A stretch of DNA of 64,000 bases from Bacteriovoracia bacterium (GTDB taxonomy: Bacteria; Bdellovibrionota; Bacteriovoracia; Bacteriovoracales; Bacteriovoracaceae): contig JBKHVI010000001.1 in assembly GCA_046570105.1 (NCBI GenBank), forward strand, positions 64,001-128,000, read 5' to 3'. A program made the position numbers and the translations under genes. Of this stretch, positions 60,699 through 64,000 are shown piece after piece (the stretch's first letter is position 1; the number at the start of each line of letters is the position of its first letter). The notes beneath the pieces were generated by a model that saw nothing but the letters and a program-made list of their open reading frames with translations, was not told the DNA's origin and ran no database searches.

Positions 60699-60725
60699 TA
60701 AATTTTATTTTGAGTGGTCCGATGA
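60699..60725 (+). promoter_or_regulatory. Sigma-28 (FliA)-type promoter
   Basis: TAAA-N15-TCCGATGA upstream of the small ORF at 60790. Confidence 0.55.
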
Positions 60726-60789
60726 GATTTATCATTATTGTTTGATATATCAAACAATAGTATCATATCATCAACACAGGAGGGCTTTC

Positions 60790-60978
60790 ATGATGATCCA
60801 CCATTCAATCCAACTTCTCAGAGAACTCCATGAACTCGAAAACGAGATCAAACTTTGGGAGGATCTTACTCGTCGAATGGGTCTTGAGATTGACTCAAGG
60901 GCCATTTTGCACCTCTTACTCTCCAATAAAATGAAAAATAATCACACGACTTTGACGGACACTAAGATAGTTTCCTAG
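60790..60978 (+). CDS. Small hypothetical helical protein (62 aa)
   Basis: SD AGGAGG 6 nt before ATG 60790. Confidence 0.55.
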   Translation: MMIHHSIQLLRELHELENEIKLWEDLTRRMGLEIDSRAILHLLLSNKMKNNHTTLTDTKIVS

Positions 60979-61013
60979 GATGCCATGTGTATCTATCAAT
61001 TATGGAGGACTTC

Positions 61014-61421
61014 ATGAAAGCACTTCTCGCTTCTTTGCTCCTTGTTGCTGTTGCCCTACCGGCCATGGCCCAAGTAGTGATTCGTCGCCCGATTCCAATC
61101 CCACCACACTATCCATACCCAGGTGACCCTTGGCGTGATCCTTGGCGCCAACCTATGCCACCACAAGACTTCTGCTACGGTGATCGTTTTGATCGCGTTT
61201 CCGAACTCACTCGTGAAGCAGCTATCGTTCGTCTAGACCGCTTTGAAGTAGAAAAAGCTGTTGAGTGCTCACTCACTTCTTCTGGCCTTGATACTGCTTC
61301 TGGCAAATGTTACGAAGCTAACGGCGACTTGTTCGCTCGCTTGAACATGTCATTTGTTGTGAACTGCAATACACGCAGTGGTTCTTCAAGACTCCGCAAA
61401 ACAACGATTAAGTACTACTAG
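61014..61421 (+). CDS. Secreted protein with Pro-rich N-terminus and 4 Cys
   Basis: SD GGAGG; signal peptide ending AMA; RRPIPIPPHYPYPGDPWRDPWRQP. Confidence 0.75.
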   Translation: MKALLASLLLVAVALPAMAQVVIRRPIPIPPHYPYPGDPWRDPWRQPMPPQDFCYGDRFDRVSELTREAAIVRLDRFEVEKAVECSLTSSGLDTASGKCYEANGDLFARLNMSFVVNCNTRSGSSRLRKTTIKYY

Positions 61422-61450
61422 TACAAGTCTTAATTGTTGCTCCTTGTTTC

Positions 61451-61479
61451 GGCCAAAAGGTGTCACTCACCTTTTGGCC
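61451..61479. repeat. REP-like palindrome GGCCAAAAGGTG-TCACT-CACCTTTTGGCC
   Basis: Perfect 12-bp stem; contains the RAYT stop codon; copies at 11064 and (inverted, variant) 63329. Confidence 0.85.
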
Positions 61480-62089
61480 TTTTTAATGTCTCGAACAGTT
61501 TAATTTTCTTTTTATTAATATCAAACTGCCAACGTCTCAGCCCCTTGCGAATAATCGCTTCACCTTCATTTTCAATTCTCTCATTCAGCCACAGCAACTC
61601 GGCTGCCTCTCCACCTAACTCCATATTCACTCGACTATGTAATGGAAACGGCACTCGCGAAGTGAGTGTTGAATAAGGATAGAATTCCACTCTTTCAACC
61701 ATCCGCGCACGTAATGGATTTTGGTAAATATAGCGATAGACTTGATAATAATAAGCCTGATTCTCAATCAAGCTCCATTTATAGCGTCCTCCCCACAAAT
61801 GATTTGTTCCATCAGCCTTTCTCATAATTTTCACGGCCGTATTTCGCATCAATAGATGCATCACCTGATCTAGATTACATCGCGGCGTTTGAACCAACAG
61901 ATGGAAGTGATTATCCATCAAGACAAATGCATGAATACAAATCCCAAAGCGCTCTTGAACATTTTTAAGTTCATCGACAAAAATTTTCCAAACCTCGTTC
62001 ATCTCAATCGGATAGAACTGCTTGTCATTCGTTCGAGCTGTTACGTGGTAGGTATGAATATCACTGCGAATCAAAGCATTTCTCGGCAT
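61463..62089 (-). mobile_element. REP-associated tyrosine transposase (RAYT; HUH Y1_Tnp family)
   Basis: MPR start, YHVTARTN, HAFVLMDNHFHLL (HUH), YIYQNP.RA (catalytic Tyr), YPYS; flanking palindromes; no tnpB. Confidence 0.92.
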
Positions 62090-62157
62090 AATTACTCCTT
62101 GTAACCCGTTACCTCTTGGCGCTTTTTTGCAGCACCAAGCGGTGTTAAAATTAAAAC

Positions 62158-62268
62158 GGGAAGGAGTAAGCCTGAGGGATTCCCCCCAGACCTAGGTGCT
62201 TGTGACACCAAGAGGTTCACAGAGAACGTGGAACTGACAAAACATGGAGCGTGAGCATGCCCCTTCCC
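62158..62268 (-). ncRNA. Candidate structured ncRNA, array unit 1 (111 nt)
   Basis: GGGAAG.../...CUUCCC closing stem, two internal hairpins, GYUC-repeat loop, 3' U-tract. Confidence 0.65.
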
Positions 62269-62434
62269 GCCTCTCTTGTTGCAAAAAGACGGGAAATTTT
62301 CCGAACACTAACTATTGAATTTTCAACAGGAGTCGTCTCACTGCGTGAGAGATTTTTTCCACTCACATGTCCGTTTTTTACCCGCGACTTGTTGGAGATG
62401 GATGAGACTTACTTCGAGTGATAAAATTAAAAAA

Positions 62435-62545
62435 GGGAAGAGGTAAGCCTTGAGAGATTCCTCTCAAGACCCAGGTGTGAGCACACCAAGAGGTTTAAAA
62501 AGAACATTGAACTGGCAGAGCGGTGAACTTGAGCTACCTCTTCCC
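62435..62545 (-). ncRNA. Candidate structured ncRNA, array unit 2 (111 nt)
   Basis: Same fold with compensatory changes (GGGAAGAGGU/ACCUCUUCCC; CUUGAGAG/CUCUCAAG). Confidence 0.65.
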
Positions 62546-62709
62546 GCCTCTCTTGGTGCAAAGAGACGGGAAAATTTCTACGACTCAACTATTCAAAAAA
62601 ATTCATCCATCACTTCACTGCGTGAGAGATTTTTTCCAATCACTTGTCCGATTTTTACCCGCGACTTGTTGGCGATAGATGAGAGTTCAATCAAGTGATA
62701 AAATAAAAA

Positions 62710-62820
62710 GGGAAGGAGTGGGCCTGAATTATTTAATTCAACCCCAGGGTGCTGTCACACCCAAGGGGTTCACCTGAACTTGGAGCTGGATGAACGTGGA
62801 GCGTGGACCTGCCCCTTCCC
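62710..62820 (-). ncRNA. Candidate structured ncRNA, array unit 3 (111 nt)
   Basis: Same fold with compensatory changes (UGAAUU/AAUUCA; AACCCC/GGGGUU; GGGUG/CACCC). Confidence 0.65.
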
Positions 62821-63018
62821 GCCTCTCTTGGTGCAAAGAGACGGGAAAATTTCTACGACTCAACTATTCAAAAAAATTCATCCATCACTTCACTGCGTGA
62901 GAGATTTTTTCCACTCACATGTCCGATTTTTACCCGCGACCTGTTGGAGATTGATGAGAGCTGGAAGAAAATAATTGGCACTAATTCAATAAAGAACTTT
63001 CTCGTATCTCACACACAT

Positions 63019-63061
63019 AAAAACTAAAAAGCCGAACGTAATTGATGTAACTACGTCCGGC
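63019..63061 (-). terminator. Intrinsic terminator of the candidate sRNA
   Basis: GCCGGACGUAGUU/AAUUACGUUCGGC 13-bp stem (two G-U) then UUUUUAGUUUUU. Confidence 0.75.
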
Positions 63062-63240
63062 TCTTCTATGACGTCCAATGAAGGACGCCTTTACCAAAAG
63101 GAAATTCATGGAAGAGTTAGCGCGGGTTCTGATCCTCGTTATCTTGACGATACAGCTTGCTGTATTGCTCAAGATAATTTGATCGGATTTAGAGGGAGGG
63201 GAAAGCAGCCTCTCCCTCACCGTTTTAACTTCCAATCCTC
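63022..63240 (-). ncRNA. Candidate ~215-nt structured sRNA
   Basis: TTGATT-N18-TATGCT promoter (63276-63247); several strong stems including a 3-way junction; terminator at 63031-63061 plus U-tract. Confidence 0.55.
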
Positions 63241-63280
63241 AAATTCAGCATAGCTCTATTTGAATAAGCGAATCAAACTT

Positions 63281-63313
63281 AAAAAAAAGGCCCGGGTTAA
63301 ACCCAGGCCTTTT
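63281..63313 (-). terminator. Intrinsic terminator after the OMP gene
   Basis: GGCCUGGGUU/AACCCGGGCC followed by U8. Confidence 0.85.
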
Positions 63314-63328
63314 CTACCTAAAAGTGTA

Positions 63329-63353
63329 CCTAAAAGTGCATGACACCTTTTGG
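63329..63353 (-). repeat. Variant REP-like palindrome (inverted), CCAAAAGGTG-TCATG-CACTTTTAGG
   Basis: First 13 nt identical to 61453-61465 in opposite orientation; adjacent 12-bp tandem duplication of its arm. Confidence 0.75.
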
Positions 63354-63358
63354 AAATT

Positions 63359-64000
63359 TTAGAACTTGTAAGTCATAGCGACGCGAGCGAGTAGACGGTT
63401 TGAATTCAAGATTCCGTTACTTGGTGCTGTGTTATTGGTCGCAGTAGCAGCCGAAGTCATCAGCAATCCGTCGATAGCGAAATCACCAAACTTCAAAGTA
63501 GCACCTGAACGGACAGATGTTGTATTCGCTTTGGTACGCTTCTTGTCTGGGTTCTGAGCGACAACGTTTGTGTTAACCAATGGCAATAGGTCTTCATCGT
63601 AGTCGTTGTCTTGCTCATTGATTATACTCTGAGAGATTGAACCACGAAGAGTCAGCCATGAAGCAGCGTCCACTTCTAAACCAACTACGACTGGAACAGC
63701 GTAATCATCAATCGTTGCTTTGCCGTCATCTTTGGTATCAAGCTCACGCTTGTTCAACACATAAGATACTTTATAGAACAAAGTCGCTTTGTCGTTAAGC
63801 TTAGTCTCGCGACCGTAACCCACGATAAAACGATCAGTTTGCGCATCAGCTTCACCTGTATAAGCAGGAGCTGCAGCTGTCGTTGCAACTTGAGAGACAG
63901 AACTCTCTTGTTCCCAAGCAGCGTGGCGCCAGAAAGCAAATACGCTTGCCTGATTGTCGATACGGTATGTTCCACCTAATTCGTAACCAAGCTTACCCTT
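63359..64000 (-). CDS. Outer-membrane beta-barrel protein (major OMP-like), C-terminal part; truncated by window edge
   Basis: Frame open to the edge (214 codons); amphipathic strands PVVVGLEVDAASWLTLRGS, GATLKFG; C-terminal MTYKF. Confidence 0.8.
   Translation of the reverse strand, partial: KGKLGYELGGTYRIDNQASVFAFWRHAAWEQESSVSQVATTAAAPAYTGEADAQTDRFIVGYGRETKLNDKATLFYKVSYVLNKRELDTKDDGKATIDDYAVPVVVGLEVDAASWLTLRGSISQSIINEQDNDYDEDLLPLVNTNVVAQNPDKKRTKANTTSVRSGATLKFGDFAIDGLLMTSAATATNNTAPSNGILNSNRLLARVAMTYKF

Larger units (their letters stand above)
62142..62960. repeat. Tandem array of three ~276-bp units
   Basis: Units begin at 62142, 62418 and 62695; near-identical ~140-165-bp blocks alternate with divergent 111-nt cores. 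Confidence 0.95.

Noticed and set aside
61463..62089. IS200/IS605 element with TnpB and omega RNA
   Set aside because: No tnpB or iscB nearby; length and motifs (MPR start, YIYQNP.RA) fit RAYT rather than short IS200 TnpA.
62116..62131. Sigma-54 promoter TTGGCGCTTTTTTGCA; similar sites at ~8121-8135 and ~40537-40553; TTGCA upstream of each array core
   Set aside because: GG-GC spacing is 9 or 11 rather than the required 10, and the array sites lack the -24 GG.
62142..62960. CRISPR array or coding repeat (ORFs 62450-62698, 62780-62974, 62803-63027)
   Set aside because: Units are ~276 bp, the variable parts are homologous to each other, and no cas genes are present. Periods of 277 and 275 bp break reading frame, and substitutions preserve base pairing rather than codons.
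63061..63116. Hammerhead ribozyme in the three-way junction
   Set aside because: The CUGAUGA and GAAA catalytic core is not correctly present on either strand.
62981..63253. ORFs 62981-63235 (-) and 63068-63253 (+)
   Set aside because: No usable SD spacing or recognisable protein features; the minus ORF runs through an intrinsic terminator.

Overview
Bacterial chromosomal window; gene content and style suggest a Bdellovibrionota (Bacteriovoracaceae-like) predator (inference, not a database result). Most of it is housekeeping: a flagellar basal-body operon (TPR protein, degenerate sigma-54 activator, flgB-flgC-fliE-fliF-fliG-fliH), mlaEFD, metK, mpl, ppdK, glyQS, msbA, gmhB, recO, lepA, ktrAB, pilF-rodZ, lptF, pepA, trmL, mtgA and rlmC. 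Two accessory regions stand out. (1) About 11.06-15.15 kb holds a REP-like palindrome, a DUF1640 gene, an MNIO (DUF692/DUF2063) RiPP cluster with a secreted Cys-repeat precursor plus a divergent ECF sigma/anti-sigma pair, and an HTH-PIN toxin-antitoxin pair. (2) About 61.45-63.35 kb holds a REP-associated HUH/Y1 tyrosine transposase (RAYT) bracketed by inverted REP-like palindromes. On its coding strand it is preceded by three tandem ~276-bp units, each with an exactly 111-nt core whose sequence diverges but whose fold covaries and which carries regularly spaced GYUC motifs, and by a separate ~215-nt structured sRNA candidate. This RAYT plus structured-ncRNA array is the best candidate for an undescribed system. 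Also present: a frameshifted PAS histidine kinase, a cryptic SleB-like cell-wall hydrolase, an intergenic structured element at 40.44-40.60 kb, and repeated leaderless-type gene starts. No tRNA, rRNA or CRISPR array was found.
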